The notes below the pieces were generated by a model. The model saw only the letters and a list, made by a program, of their open reading frames with translations. It was not told the origin of the DNA and did no database searches. A stretch of DNA of 16,533 nucleotides. It comes from a virus. Position numbers and translations under genes: made by a program. The stretch lies in UHGV virus genome UHGV-1601610. The stretch is one strand, 5' to 3'. Positions 1 through 8,456 of this stretch are shown here, one piece after another. Position 1 is the first letter of the stretch; the number at the start of each line of letters is the position of its first letter.

Positions 1-1087
1 GGTCCTGCACGAACGTCAGCGTCTGCCCGTTCCATACCGGCATACAGCGCATCGCAGAGCAGAAATCACTGAGCACATCCCACGCCTTGCGCTGTGTGGT
101 CAGGTACGCATTACAGGTGATGCGCGGCTCCGTGCCGCCAAAGCCGTCCGGCACTGACTGGTCGCAGTACTGGCCGATGACATACAGCGCCCATTTGTCC
201 ACATCCGCCGCACCAAGACGTTTCCCCATGCCGTAGCGTGGATGGGTCAGCATATCCCACAGACACCAGGCCATGTTATTGCTGTATGCTGGCTTAAACG
301 TTCCGTCCCAGATACCGCTGTATTGCCGAGTCTGCGGGTTATAGTTCGACGGCACCTGCAGAATACGCCCGCGCAGATGATAATTACGGCTCACCTGCTG
401 GCTGCCGAACTGCTCCGAATCCACCTGTACGCCGACCAGTGCCGTGTTCGGGTAGCACTGTTTCACATCGATGATTTCGGTGTATGACGACCAGAGCGTT
501 TTGTTCTGCAGCTGGTCTGTGGTGCTGTCCGGCGTCATCCTGCGCATCCGGATATTAAACGGGCGCGGCGGCAGGTTATCCACCACCACCGAGGCCAGAT
601 ACTGCGAGGTGGTTTTGCCCTTAATGGTGATGTCTTTTTCCGTCACCCAGCCACCGTTACGCTGTATCTGAACCAGCAGGCGGACTTCCGATGGATTCCT
701 GTCCCCCTTTGAGGTGGTTTCCACCAGTGCCTGCACACCGAAGGTAAAGCGCAGACGGTCGATGTTTGCCGACGTGATGGTGCGGGTGATCGGCGTGTCA
801 TATTTCACTTCCGTACCCAGCACCGTCTCGGAGCCGGAGGATTCAAATCCCTCCGGCGGTGTCTGCTCCTGCTCACCTGCCCGGAACACCACCGTGACGC
901 CGGAGATGTTGGTATTCCCCTCAGTGTCCAGCACTGGCGTACTGTTCAGCAGCACGCTTTTTAATCCATCCACCGGACCTTCAATCGGCCCTTCGCTGAT
1001 GGCATCGATCACACTCAGCAACTGCGTGGACTTCAGGTTGTCCTTCGCTTCGCGCGGAGTATGCCCCTTACTGCTGCCTTTACCCAT
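1..1087 (-). CDS. J: Tail tip / host-specificity protein J (central tail fibre), 5' part only; gene continues beyond the left window edge
   Basis: Reverse complement of 1041-1087 reads ATG GGT AAA GGC AGC AGT AAG GGG CAT ACT CCG CGC GAA GCG AAG GA = MGKGSSKGHTPREAKD, the N-terminus I recall for lambda gpJ. GGAG lies 8 nt upstream of the ATG at 1087. Not in the ORF track, presumably because it has no in-window stop. I did not verify the frame base by base down to position 1. Confidence 0.85.
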   Translation of the reverse strand, partial: MGKGSSKGHTPREAKDNLKSTQLLSVIDAISEGPIEGPVDGLKSVLLNSTPVLDTEGNTNISGVTVVFRAGEQEQTPPEGFESSGSETVLGTEVKYDTPITRTITSANIDRLRFTFGVQALVETTSKGDRNPSEVRLLVQIQRNGGWVTEKDITIKGKTTSQYLASVVVDNLPPRPFNIRMRRMTPDSTTDQLQNKTLWSSYTEIIDVKQCYPNTALVGVQVDSEQFGSQQVSRNYHLRGRILQVPSNYNPQTRQYSGIWDGTFKPAYSNNMAWCLWDMLTHPRYGMGKRLGAADVDKWALYVIGQYCDQSVPDGFGGTEPRITCNAYLTTQRKAWDVLSDFCSAMRCMPVWNGQTLTFVQD

Positions 1088-1109
1088 TCCTAACGCTCCA
1101 TAAACGACA

Positions 1110-1129
1110 AAACCGCCCGGAGGCGGTTT
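1110..1129 (-). other. Perfect 8-bp stem / 4-nt loop hairpin in the I-J spacer (AAACCGCC cgga GGCGGTTT), adjacent to a 10-bp palindrome AAAACGTTTT at 1131-1140
   Basis: Read directly from the sequence; on the minus strand the stem is followed by UUUUGUCGUUUAUGG and then the J start. Function unknown (attenuator or RNA processing/stability element). Confidence 0.4.
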
Positions 1130-1147
1130 CACATAAAACGTTTTTCA

Positions 1148-1795
1148 TCAGCGACCAATCACTACAACCTGACCACCATCCCCTTCGTCTGCCGTGCTGA
1201 TCTCCTGAGAGACCACCCGCGACCCCACGCGCATTTCACCGTACAGAACGGGCAGAACATTGCCCTGGGCAACCATGTTATCCAGTGAGGAGAAATAGGT
1301 GTTCTGTTTGCCGTTATCTGTACTTGCTGCCGTGGGCGTCCTGGCTTTCGGTGCCAGCATCTGCGCCACTCCGCCCAGGATCATACTGGCCCCTGCCGCA
1401 TACATGCCCGATACAGCCGCGGCACCCAGCCAGCCCACAGGGTTCCACCATGCCACCGCAATCAGCGCCGCCCCCAGCACCACCTGAAACACACCGCCAC
1501 TTTTAGCTCCCGCCAGACGCGGCACGATGTGGATCACGGCACCATTTGCCAGCGGCTCATTAAGACGGGCAGACAATTCGGTTTCACCTGCATCACGCCC
1601 GGCAATGCGTACCTGGTACCAGCCGTCGCTCAGTTTCTGACGAAATGCCGGGATCTGCATGGCCAGCGCCCGGATGGCTTCGGACCCCGTTTTCACTCGA
1701 AGGTCGATGCGGCGGCCAAATCGTTGTAAATCCCCGTAAAGGCAGATGCGTGCCATGCCCGGTGACGCCAGAGGGAGTGTGTGCGTCGCTGCCAT
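1148..1795 (-). CDS. I: Tail tip assembly protein I (lambda gpI-like)
   Basis: 215-aa ORF, ATG at 1793-1795 verified. N-terminus MAATHTLPLASPGMARICLYGDLQRFGRR and C-terminus ...NTYFSSLDNMVAQGNVLPVLYGEMRVGSRVVSQEISTADEGDGGQVVVIGR match my recollection of lambda gpI. Sits between K and J. Confidence 0.85.
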   Translation of the reverse strand: MAATHTLPLASPGMARICLYGDLQRFGRRIDLRVKTGSEAIRALAMQIPAFRQKLSDGWYQVRIAGRDAGETELSARLNEPLANGAVIHIVPRLAGAKSGGVFQVVLGAALIAVAWWNPVGWLGAAAVSGMYAAGASMILGGVAQMLAPKARTPTAASTDNGKQNTYFSSLDNMVAQGNVLPVLYGEMRVGSRVVSQEISTADEGDGGQVVVIGR

Positions 1796-2436
1796 TTGTC
1801 GGTGTACCTCTCTCGTTTGCTCAGTTGTTCAGGAATATGGTGCAGCAGCTCGCTGTCACCACAGTAAATGGCGGCATGATTCGGCACCGATGAACCAAAA
1901 CAGCACAGCAGCACATCGCCCGGTTGTGCTGATGACAACGCCACCTGATACAGCCCTGTGGCCTCCAGATTATCCAGATAGAGATTCTGACCGTTACGCC
2001 ACCAGTCATCCCCGCGATGAAAATCCGGCATCTCAATCCCCGCCAGATGATAAGCATCCCGGAACAGCGTGTAACAGTCCGTCACCCCGTGCTCAAAGCG
2101 CCGCCCGGTGAGATGCGGCACACAGCGGAACTTGTGAATCGCCCCCCGGCAGACCAGCCACCACGGCAAATCACTCTGCACCTGCAGCCGCCGGTCAGCC
2201 TCACTCAGCCAGGGCAGACCACCGGGATGACTGTGGACCAGTGCCACAATCTCACCCTGCATCTCTGCCTGCAGCCAGTCCTCCGGAGCCATCCGGAAAT
2301 AATCCTCCGGCTCACCGGAAATATTCACGCAGGGAAAATATCTTTCCCCCTCCGGCGCTCTCACCACGAAGCCGCACGACTCCGCTGGCGCACATCGCCG
2401 GGCGTGCGCCAGAATCGCTGATTCTGTCTCTGTCAT
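1693..2436 (-). CDS. K: Tail tip assembly protein K (MPN/JAMM plus NlpC/P60-like domains; lambda gpK family)
   Basis: 247-aa ORF. N-terminal AILAHARRCAPAESCGFV followed by HSHPGGLPWLSEAD fits the JAMM motif (E...HxH-x7-S-x2-D). Downstream Cys/His region VTDCYTLFRDAYH is NlpC/P60-like. Long start (ATG 2434-2436, 5 nt after L stop) is preferred because the first 48 residues look like part of the MPN fold; SD is weak, so the start is uncertain. Confidence 0.8.
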   Translation of the reverse strand: MTETESAILAHARRCAPAESCGFVVRAPEGERYFPCVNISGEPEDYFRMAPEDWLQAEMQGEIVALVHSHPGGLPWLSEADRRLQVQSDLPWWLVCRGAIHKFRCVPHLTGRRFEHGVTDCYTLFRDAYHLAGIEMPDFHRGDDWWRNGQNLYLDNLEATGLYQVALSSAQPGDVLLCCFGSSVPNHAAIYCGDSELLHHIPEQLSKRERYTDKWQRRTHSLWRHRAWHASAFTGIYNDLAAASTFE

Positions 2437-2441
2437 GGGAT

Positions 2442-3140
2442 TTACTGCGAAAGTTTGTTAATGGAAAGGAAGCTGCCAAAGTTGCCGACATTATTGCGAA
2501 ACTTACAGCCACTCAGGCATTTGCTGCATTTATCCTTCGTGATATCGGACGTCGGCTGGTCATATTCATCCGCGACCGCCGGACCGCTATAACCGCACTC
2601 ATCGCCGCGATAGGTCCAGGTGCAGGTGTTGGCCAGCATGATACGTCCCGGAAAAACAGCGCCATCCGTTTCAGTCGGCGTGGACAGTACAAAAGAGGCA
2701 CTGACCGCGCTCAGTTCGCTGCACTGCTCGATGCGCCAGCGGCTGATCACCTCCTGCTCCGGATCGGCTTCGCTGTTTCCGTTGACGAAGTTCACCGCAT
2801 CCAGAAAGCGGGCGTAAACCTTACGCCGGACCACCGTTCCGCCGACCAGACTCTGCAGATCTTCCGCCATCCCGGTGACCATACCGTACAGGTTAGAAAC
2901 CGTCAGTGTCGGACGGGCAGCACTGCCCTTGCCGTTCAGTTCAAATCCCGTCCCCTGAATGGGGTATACCTGATACTGCCGCCCCTGCCAGATAACCGGC
3001 TCACCTTTTTCGTTCTGCTCATTACAGAAAAAATAACGTTCACCACCGACCTCTGTCAGATCGATTTCCCAGAGCACCACCTGGGCTGACTGAGTGAGGC
3101 GTGTCGTCTCATGATGTGTTTCCTGTGGAATATCCTGCAT
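2442..3140 (-). CDS. L: Minor tail protein L (lambda gpL-like, C-terminal Cys cluster)
   Basis: 232 aa. AGGAGG SD upstream of ATG at 3138-3140. C-terminal CSKCLSGC and other Cys residues are consistent with the Fe-S-binding gpL family. Gene order M-L-K. Confidence 0.85.
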   Translation of the reverse strand: MQDIPQETHHETTRLTQSAQVVLWEIDLTEVGGERYFFCNEQNEKGEPVIWQGRQYQVYPIQGTGFELNGKGSAARPTLTVSNLYGMVTGMAEDLQSLVGGTVVRRKVYARFLDAVNFVNGNSEADPEQEVISRWRIEQCSELSAVSASFVLSTPTETDGAVFPGRIMLANTCTWTYRGDECGYSGPAVADEYDQPTSDITKDKCSKCLSGCKFRNNVGNFGSFLSINKLSQ

Positions 3141-3149
3141 CAGAGCCTC

Positions 3150-3479
3150 CTATGCCACGACCTGTTCAAAATCTGCCGTTATGGTTACCCACAGCGCCCC
3201 CACGCTTGCCGACCATTTACGACAAACCACCCTGATCGGTTTCCAGTCATAAGGTGGCGTCCACTGAAATGCACGGACGCCACCGTGCCGTTCCAGAAAG
3301 GCTTTTAAAGATGGGTGGTCACATTTACGAACACGTATCGTCACGCTGTAAGTCGACAACTGGTTATTCAGTCCCGCCGCACGACGCTGTTCATAACCAT
3401 CGCCCAGCTTCACTGTCACCACTTTCGGCTCTGATACCACATTCATATCCGGGCGCACTTTCCAGTGAAACGTCTCCAT
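3150..3479 (-). CDS. M: Minor tail protein M (lambda gpM-like)
   Basis: 109 aa, METFHWKVRPDMNVVSEPKVV...FEQVVA, similar to lambda gpM as I recall it (MKTFRWKVKPGMDVASVP...). Start ATG overlaps the H stop (TAATG) at 3477-3481. Confidence 0.85.
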   Translation of the reverse strand: METFHWKVRPDMNVVSEPKVVTVKLGDGYEQRRAAGLNNQLSTYSVTIRVRKCDHPSLKAFLERHGGVRAFQWTPPYDWKPIRVVCRKWSASVGALWVTITADFEQVVA

Positions 3480-6400
3480 TACCGATATGCTCCACTTAAC
3501 CGACCACCATCACGGGCCTGCTGTTGCATAAAGTCCGCTGCCGCTTTTTTCCCGAGGTCATAAACCGCCTTCAGGGCAGCCGGACCTATCTGCCCGTTCG
3601 TGCCATCGTTATTGATCTCGATGTTGTACTGCGGGGAAAACATCGCCATACCTGACCCCCCAATATCCGCCACAACCCCCAGCTTACCGTCAGCACCACG
3701 ACGCAATGGCAGAATGGCTTCAGGTCCCGCTTCCCCCATCACACCCGCGCCTTTTGCAAAAGCAAAAAACGTCGGACGGTTAACCACCGTGCCACTGTAA
3801 CGACTCAAATCAGCAGACTGATAAATCCCCCCATTGGCATTCAGGGAAAGGCTGCTGAGATCAAATCCCAGTACACTGCCAATCCCTTTTATCGATTTCA
3901 TCATGGTTGCCTGCGCCAGGATTTTCGCCATATCTGACAGCACAGAAGAGGTGAAGGATTTGAAATTGAGTTTGCCGGTAGTGACAAAAGTTGCCAGGCC
4001 ATTTCCCATGTTGCTGAAGGCTGACGAGAACACCTGTTCTGCTGTTTCTGCCGTATTATCTGCATCCACGGTAAAATCCTGAAATGCACGCAGGACTCCG
4101 TTTTTCCAGTTACCCTGCACAACTTCAAGCTGTTGCCAGTAACGGCGATTCTCATTCAGTTGTCGGTTCAGGCTCTCCGTCAGCGCCTGCTCGGCCTTTC
4201 TGTAGTCATCCGTGTTATATGTCCCTTTCTGCTCACTATCCCGCCTCAACTGCTCCAGCTGTTGCTGGTATTTCTGGCGAAGACTCAGTTGTACCTGATA
4301 TCGCTGTCGCTGCTGATCACCCATACCCACCGTGGCGATATCCAGGTCATGTTGCTGACGCTGAGCGCGCTCTTCTTCAGCCAGTTGACTGGTCAGCTGA
4401 ATTGTTTTTTTCTTCAGCTCGTTGAGTGCCGTCTGTTTCTGAAGCTCCTGCTGTTTTACATCCAGCAGCGTCAGTGCCTGAATCAGTTCATCTTTACGGG
4501 CCAGCACACTCTTTTCATCTGCCGTCAGTTTTTTCCCGTCCAGGTCGCTGATGCGCTGCTGCAGAGCCAGAAGCTGTTTATGCGCTTCTGTCATCCTTTC
4601 CGTGGCAATGCCTGCTGACTGTCTGGCAGCAGCAATCTGTCCTTCCACCTGTGCCTGTTGCTGACTGTACTGCAGCAATAACCGGGTGGCCTCATCATTA
4701 CGGGTTTCGCGTGTTTTTTTCTTACCGGATGCCAGGGCTTTCTCGTAACGTTCATTTTCACGTTGTATCGCCGCATCCCTGACAGCCTGATCGGCGTACT
4801 GCATGGCATTAATACGCGCAATTTCACGCTGATGTCGTGCTGCTTCCGTTTCATTCATCCGGTTCAGTGCAGCATTTTCAGCATTACGGCGTTTCTGTTG
4901 CTCCTGATAATTCCGCTCTGCCTGCTCTTTTGCATCCTGCAAATCCTTCTGGCGTTTTTTCTCCTGAAGATCGTTAAGACGCTGCTGATCGTATTCAACC
5001 TGAGAAGATGATGCCGTCCAGGGGAGTCTTTTCGCCCGCGACACTTTCTCCTGTAAAGCGGCAATCTGTTCATCCAGCGAGTCTTCACGACCAATATTCA
5101 TGGCCGCATCCCAGAAACGACTCCACAAATCAGACAGATACTTCAGCGTACTGCCAAGCGCATTGAGGTTATTATCAATATCCGCAGTACGCCGACCGGT
5201 TTCCTCTGCCAGTGCAGACATGGCTATCCGTGCAGCATCACTGGACCGCCCCTGCTCCCCAAGGACGCGTATCTGCTCAAGCTGAGTGGCAGTAAGAAAA
5301 TGCAGCTCATTGTCCAGAGCCTTCGCGGCATTTACAGGATCATCCTTCAGCCGCTTAAACTGATTTATGGTATCGCTGACCGACTGGCCAACCGATCGCT
5401 CCATCTGTGCGGCAACTCTCGCCACCATACCGATATCGTTTCCACGAAATGCACCACTCCCCACCACCTGAGCCAGCGCACCGGCTGCAGCATGTTGCGT
5501 GATACCATTCCCGGAAATAGCACGACTGAGCGTCCACAGCTGCCCGGCAGTGACTCCGGCATAATGCCCCGTCAGCGACAACTGGCGGTTAAATTCTTCC
5601 CCCTCCTTCTGACCGTCATACCAGGCTTTACCCAGACCATAGACGGCCGCGGCAATACCGCCAATAACCCCGCCAAGCATCATGCCTTTCGGTGACATCA
5701 GTGTGTCTATCCATCCGGCACGGTTAGCCAGCGTTATCCCGGATCCCCTCAGCGCCCCTAAATTGCCGCGGGCCAGTTCACCTATCAGAACGCCTATCTC
5801 CTGGCGGGCTGCTGCACTTTTCAGACCCAGCGAATGCGTGGCTTTTCCTGCCTGCTCCATTTTGCGGATATACACTTCTGCAGCACTGCTTACCCCCAGC
5901 TGGGCTGCCTTAGCACGAAGCAACTCAGAAGATGAAAGATTCAGGCGGGTTGCCTGCTCTTTAAGCTGACGGATAAACGCCACTTTCTGTCGGGTAGCCT
6001 CTTCCTCAGCCTGTGTAAGAACACGGGTTTTCGCAGTAACCTCAGAAATCAGCGCCAGATAATCCTGCTGACCAATCCCGCCACTGTTTCTGGCCTGTCG
6101 GATCTGCTGCTGAATACGCTGTAATTCCTGCAGCCCCGCACTGGCCTGTTTCACACTGTCAATCTGACGATAAAACGCAGCAGCCGCTTTATCCTGAGCC
6201 TCCGCCAGAGCCATGGCCTGCGCCTGTTCCTCGCGCATTTTCTGGCTCAGTGCCTCCATGCGCTGGCGGGTTTTCTCCACCTCGCGGGCCATGCGTTCAT
6301 GAGCCTGTGCGTTCTTCTCCACCGTCTGCGCATGGACGGATGCGGCTGTTGCAGCCGAAGAAGCTGCCTGCGTTGTCTGCCGGGCGGCCTGAGTCTGACG

Positions 6401-6544
6401 CTCCATAAAACGCTGCATACGGGCAGAAGACCGTTCTGCATCGCTGGCTGCACCATTCAGAAGGTTTTTGATACGGGGAATTTCATTTTTAAACTCTGCC
6501 GCATCAATCCCCAAATCAATGACCAGGTTGGCTATCTGGTCCAT
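3479..6544 (-). CDS. H: Tail tape measure protein (lambda gpH-like)
   Basis: ORF-track ORF 3479-6574; start moved to ATG 6542-6544, which has GGAGGTG 6 nt upstream and gives N-terminus MDQIANLVIDLGIDAAEF (compare lambda gpH MAEPVGDLVVDLSLDAARF). About 1021 aa with a long Q/E/A/R-rich coiled-coil core and conserved C-terminus ...NNDGTNGQIGPAALKAVYD. Confidence 0.9.
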   Translation of the reverse strand: MDQIANLVIDLGIDAAEFKNEIPRIKNLLNGAASDAERSSARMQRFMERQTQAARQTTQAASSAATAASVHAQTVEKNAQAHERMAREVEKTRQRMEALSQKMREEQAQAMALAEAQDKAAAAFYRQIDSVKQASAGLQELQRIQQQIRQARNSGGIGQQDYLALISEVTAKTRVLTQAEEEATRQKVAFIRQLKEQATRLNLSSSELLRAKAAQLGVSSAAEVYIRKMEQAGKATHSLGLKSAAARQEIGVLIGELARGNLGALRGSGITLANRAGWIDTLMSPKGMMLGGVIGGIAAAVYGLGKAWYDGQKEGEEFNRQLSLTGHYAGVTAGQLWTLSRAISGNGITQHAAAGALAQVVGSGAFRGNDIGMVARVAAQMERSVGQSVSDTINQFKRLKDDPVNAAKALDNELHFLTATQLEQIRVLGEQGRSSDAARIAMSALAEETGRRTADIDNNLNALGSTLKYLSDLWSRFWDAAMNIGREDSLDEQIAALQEKVSRAKRLPWTASSSQVEYDQQRLNDLQEKKRQKDLQDAKEQAERNYQEQQKRRNAENAALNRMNETEAARHQREIARINAMQYADQAVRDAAIQRENERYEKALASGKKKTRETRNDEATRLLLQYSQQQAQVEGQIAAARQSAGIATERMTEAHKQLLALQQRISDLDGKKLTADEKSVLARKDELIQALTLLDVKQQELQKQTALNELKKKTIQLTSQLAEEERAQRQQHDLDIATVGMGDQQRQRYQVQLSLRQKYQQQLEQLRRDSEQKGTYNTDDYRKAEQALTESLNRQLNENRRYWQQLEVVQGNWKNGVLRAFQDFTVDADNTAETAEQVFSSAFSNMGNGLATFVTTGKLNFKSFTSSVLSDMAKILAQATMMKSIKGIGSVLGFDLSSLSLNANGGIYQSADLSRYSGTVVNRPTFFAFAKGAGVMGEAGPEAILPLRRGADGKLGVVADIGGSGMAMFSPQYNIEINNDGTNGQIGPAALKAVYDLGKKAAADFMQQQARDGGRLSGAYR

Positions 6545-7243
6545 AACGCACACCTCCGGAAATACCTTCCCCAAGATGCATCAGTTCTTCGTCCGTTCGC
6601 TCCGGTATCCCGTTCTCTTCCGGTAAAAGGCTGAAATCAGCCACCGCAGCATCACTGCTGCCGGACACCATTCTCACGATCAATGCCTTCAGCGAGGCAA
6701 ACTGCGCATCCATCCACACATCACTGAAGCTCTGCATCCGGAAATAATCGCCCCACTCACCAAGCTCAGTGGCCGACATTTCCGACAGCATCCGCCGCCA
6801 GTCTGCCCGCCGGAACTCCCGGGCAAGCCGCATGACAAACTGCATTTCCCGCGTCAGGACTTTTCCGGCGTCAGCGCCTCATGCTCATCATCCACGGCAT
6901 TATCAATGGCCCCCATACCGCTCAGCGACAGAACCATCTCCGCCCCCGCACCCAGGGCATCATACGACCATGTTGTAATAACGGATGCGCAAAGCGTCTC
7001 TACATCCTTAGACTGATCCGCATTCCACAGTGAGCGGGAAACCAGCCAGGCATTGATATCCATCCCCATCCGCAGAAAAGCAATCTGTCGTTCAGCCTCC
7101 GGCAGTTCTCCCTCCCCGGCATCAAACTTTGCCGTTCGCTGCTGAACAAACGTCAGATATTCAATTCTCTGCAGCCCGGACAGCTCACTGAGCACCACGG
7201 ACTGTTTTTCATAATTAAACGTGTCCTGTTTCAGAAACATCAT
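6516..7243 (-). CDS. T: Tail assembly chaperone G-T fusion made by programmed -1 frameshift near the 3' end of G (lambda gpGT-like)
   Basis: The T ORF (6516-6845) lies in the -1 frame relative to G. Upstream of the T ATG the -1 frame is open only back to about 6878 (a TGA blocks it), so the shift must occur within ~22 nt before the G stop. That window contains GGAAAAG (minus strand, about 6860-6866). Conserved G-T arrangement of long-tailed phages. Confidence 0.6.
6854..7243 (-). CDS. G: Tail assembly chaperone G (lambda gpG-like)
   Basis: ORF-track ORF 6854-7282; start moved to ATGATG at 7238-7243 with GGTGGAG SD, because the longer 5' extension would translate through the terminator-like hairpin. 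N-terminus MMFLKQDTF... compares with lambda gpG MFLKTESFEH... Confidence 0.8.
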   Translation of the reverse strand: MMFLKQDTFNYEKQSVVLSELSGLQRIEYLTFVQQRTAKFDAGEGELPEAERQIAFLRMGMDINAWLVSRSLWNADQSKDVETLCASVITTWSYDALGAGAEMVLSLSGMGAIDNAVDDEHEALTPEKS

Positions 7244-7256
7244 GTTCTCCACCTGC

Positions 7257-7280
7257 AAAAAAGCCCCGAATAACCGGGGC
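7257..7280 (-). terminator. Intrinsic-terminator-like hairpin between V and G (GCCCCG guuauu CGGGGC + UUUUUU)
   Basis: Minus-strand read: 6-bp GC stem, 6-nt loop, then a run of 6 U, immediately followed by the SD and ATG of G. Probably a partial terminator, since the downstream tail genes must still be transcribed. Confidence 0.5.
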
Positions 7281-7300
7281 AAATGATGAGTATCGTCCTG

Positions 7301-8044
7301 TTAACCTGCTGCGCTGACAGTCACCGCAGTCACAGCCACAAAATTCCCGTCAGCGGTCATGCCCACAATGCTGACACTGCCCTGCTTCACGCCTTTTACC
7401 GTGGCCACAAGTCCGTTCAGGGTAACCGTGGCAGTCTGTGGATCTGACGAATGCACACTGATCGCTTTGTCACTGGCTCCGTCAGGTTTTACTGTAAAGG
7501 TCAGCGTGGTGGTTGCTCCCACTTTTACACTGGCAGACGCCGGTGATACTGTCAGCCCGGTAACGCTCACGGTTTCAGTGCCTTCCTCTGCCAGATACGG
7601 ACGCCCCACACCGCTGATTTTCACAGTGCGGGTCATCACGTCTTTTGAGGCAATGGTTTTACCCAGTGAGCTCAGCCAGCCACGGAAAACATCAACAGTG
7701 CCGTTGGGATATTTGATACGAAACGCGCAGACTTCACCGGAGTCGAACAACTGAACCAGTTTTTTCTGCCCGCTGTCACCCGGACGCCAGGCCAGCGTCG
7801 CCGAAGTATCACCAACGGATTTCTGCCCCTGGGTTGTCGTTTTCCAGTCTGCATCTTCATCATCGAGATAAGTGTCATCTTCTGCATCAGCGGTCATTTC
7901 GCCAGGTTGCAGATCCTTCACCATCGCAAGACGCAGCCAGTCAGTGTCCGACAAAGGGTTCGCAAACGCATCGCCGTTGCCGGTATACATCCAGAACGTC
8001 GTCCCCGCACCTTTCGTCTTTGCCAGTGGATTTGGTGTGGTCAT
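7301..8044 (-). CDS. V: Major tail protein V (lambda gpV-like, C-terminal Ig-like domain)
   Basis: ORF-track ORF 7301-8119; start moved to ATG 8042-8044 with AAGGAGGTG SD, giving MTTPNPLAKTKGAGTTFWMYTGNGDAFANPLSDTDW... (lambda gpV: [20 protein letters not shown]...). 247 aa. C-terminal ~90 aa is T/V/S-rich, consistent with a Big_2-type domain. Confidence 0.9.
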   Translation of the reverse strand: MTTPNPLAKTKGAGTTFWMYTGNGDAFANPLSDTDWLRLAMVKDLQPGEMTADAEDDTYLDDEDADWKTTTQGQKSVGDTSATLAWRPGDSGQKKLVQLFDSGEVCAFRIKYPNGTVDVFRGWLSSLGKTIASKDVMTRTVKISGVGRPYLAEEGTETVSVTGLTVSPASASVKVGATTTLTFTVKPDGASDKAISVHSSDPQTATVTLNGLVATVKGVKQGSVSIVGMTADGNFVAVTAVTVSAAG

Positions 8045-8054
8045 TACCACCTCC

Positions 8055-8456
8055 TTAATTCGTGTACGTGATCTGGTACGTGATTTCCGCCATCGCCCAG
8101 GTGGCCATCTCATTATCACGTTGATAGTTAAAACCGAGTGGGATCAGGGTGTCGATGAGTCCGGAAAGTGCCGGTATATCATTCAGGGCAGGGAAAATGG
8201 TGCTCTCCATCCACATATCCAGCTCTGAATCCGGTGCCTGTGCCCGGATGAAGACGGCAATATGCAGAACAGCCTGCCAGTCATCTTCATCCGTCATTTT
8301 TCCGGTGTACTGAGCATCACTCAGCCACACCGCCACGGCAGGCAGTTCCTGCGCATCAATAAATGCCGGAAGCCCGTCAAAAAACGTGGCGCTGTCTCCA
8401 CACTGTTCCCGAAGGCGTGCCAGTACGGCCTGGCGGATTTGTGTATGTCGGTTCAT
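8055..8456 (-). CDS. U: Tail terminator protein U (lambda gpU-like)
   Basis: ORF-track ORF 8055-8468; start placed at the ATG overlapping the Z stop (ATGA at 8453-8456), giving MNRHTQIRQAVLARL...ATFFDG...PAVAVWLSDAQYTG...; lambda gpU motifs as I recall them. The alternative start at 8468 has GAGG only 2 nt upstream. Confidence 0.8.
   Translation of the reverse strand: MNRHTQIRQAVLARLREQCGDSATFFDGLPAFIDAQELPAVAVWLSDAQYTGKMTDEDDWQAVLHIAVFIRAQAPDSELDMWMESTIFPALNDIPALSGLIDTLIPLGFNYQRDNEMATWAMAEITYQITYTN

Noticed and set aside
2241-3089. 282-aa plus-strand ORF, and many other plus-strand ORFs in the track (e.g. 714-1103, 2017-2421, 4133-4618, 4763-5011, 5300-5695, 7872-8228, 10078-10662, 15090-15497).
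   Set aside because: All lie antisense to well-supported minus-strand structural genes, have low-complexity or Leu/Pro/Arg-rich composition typical of antisense frames in GC-rich coding DNA, and lack convincing SD sequences. The Leu-rich ones inside H are the mirror image of the Q/E-rich tape-measure coiled coil.
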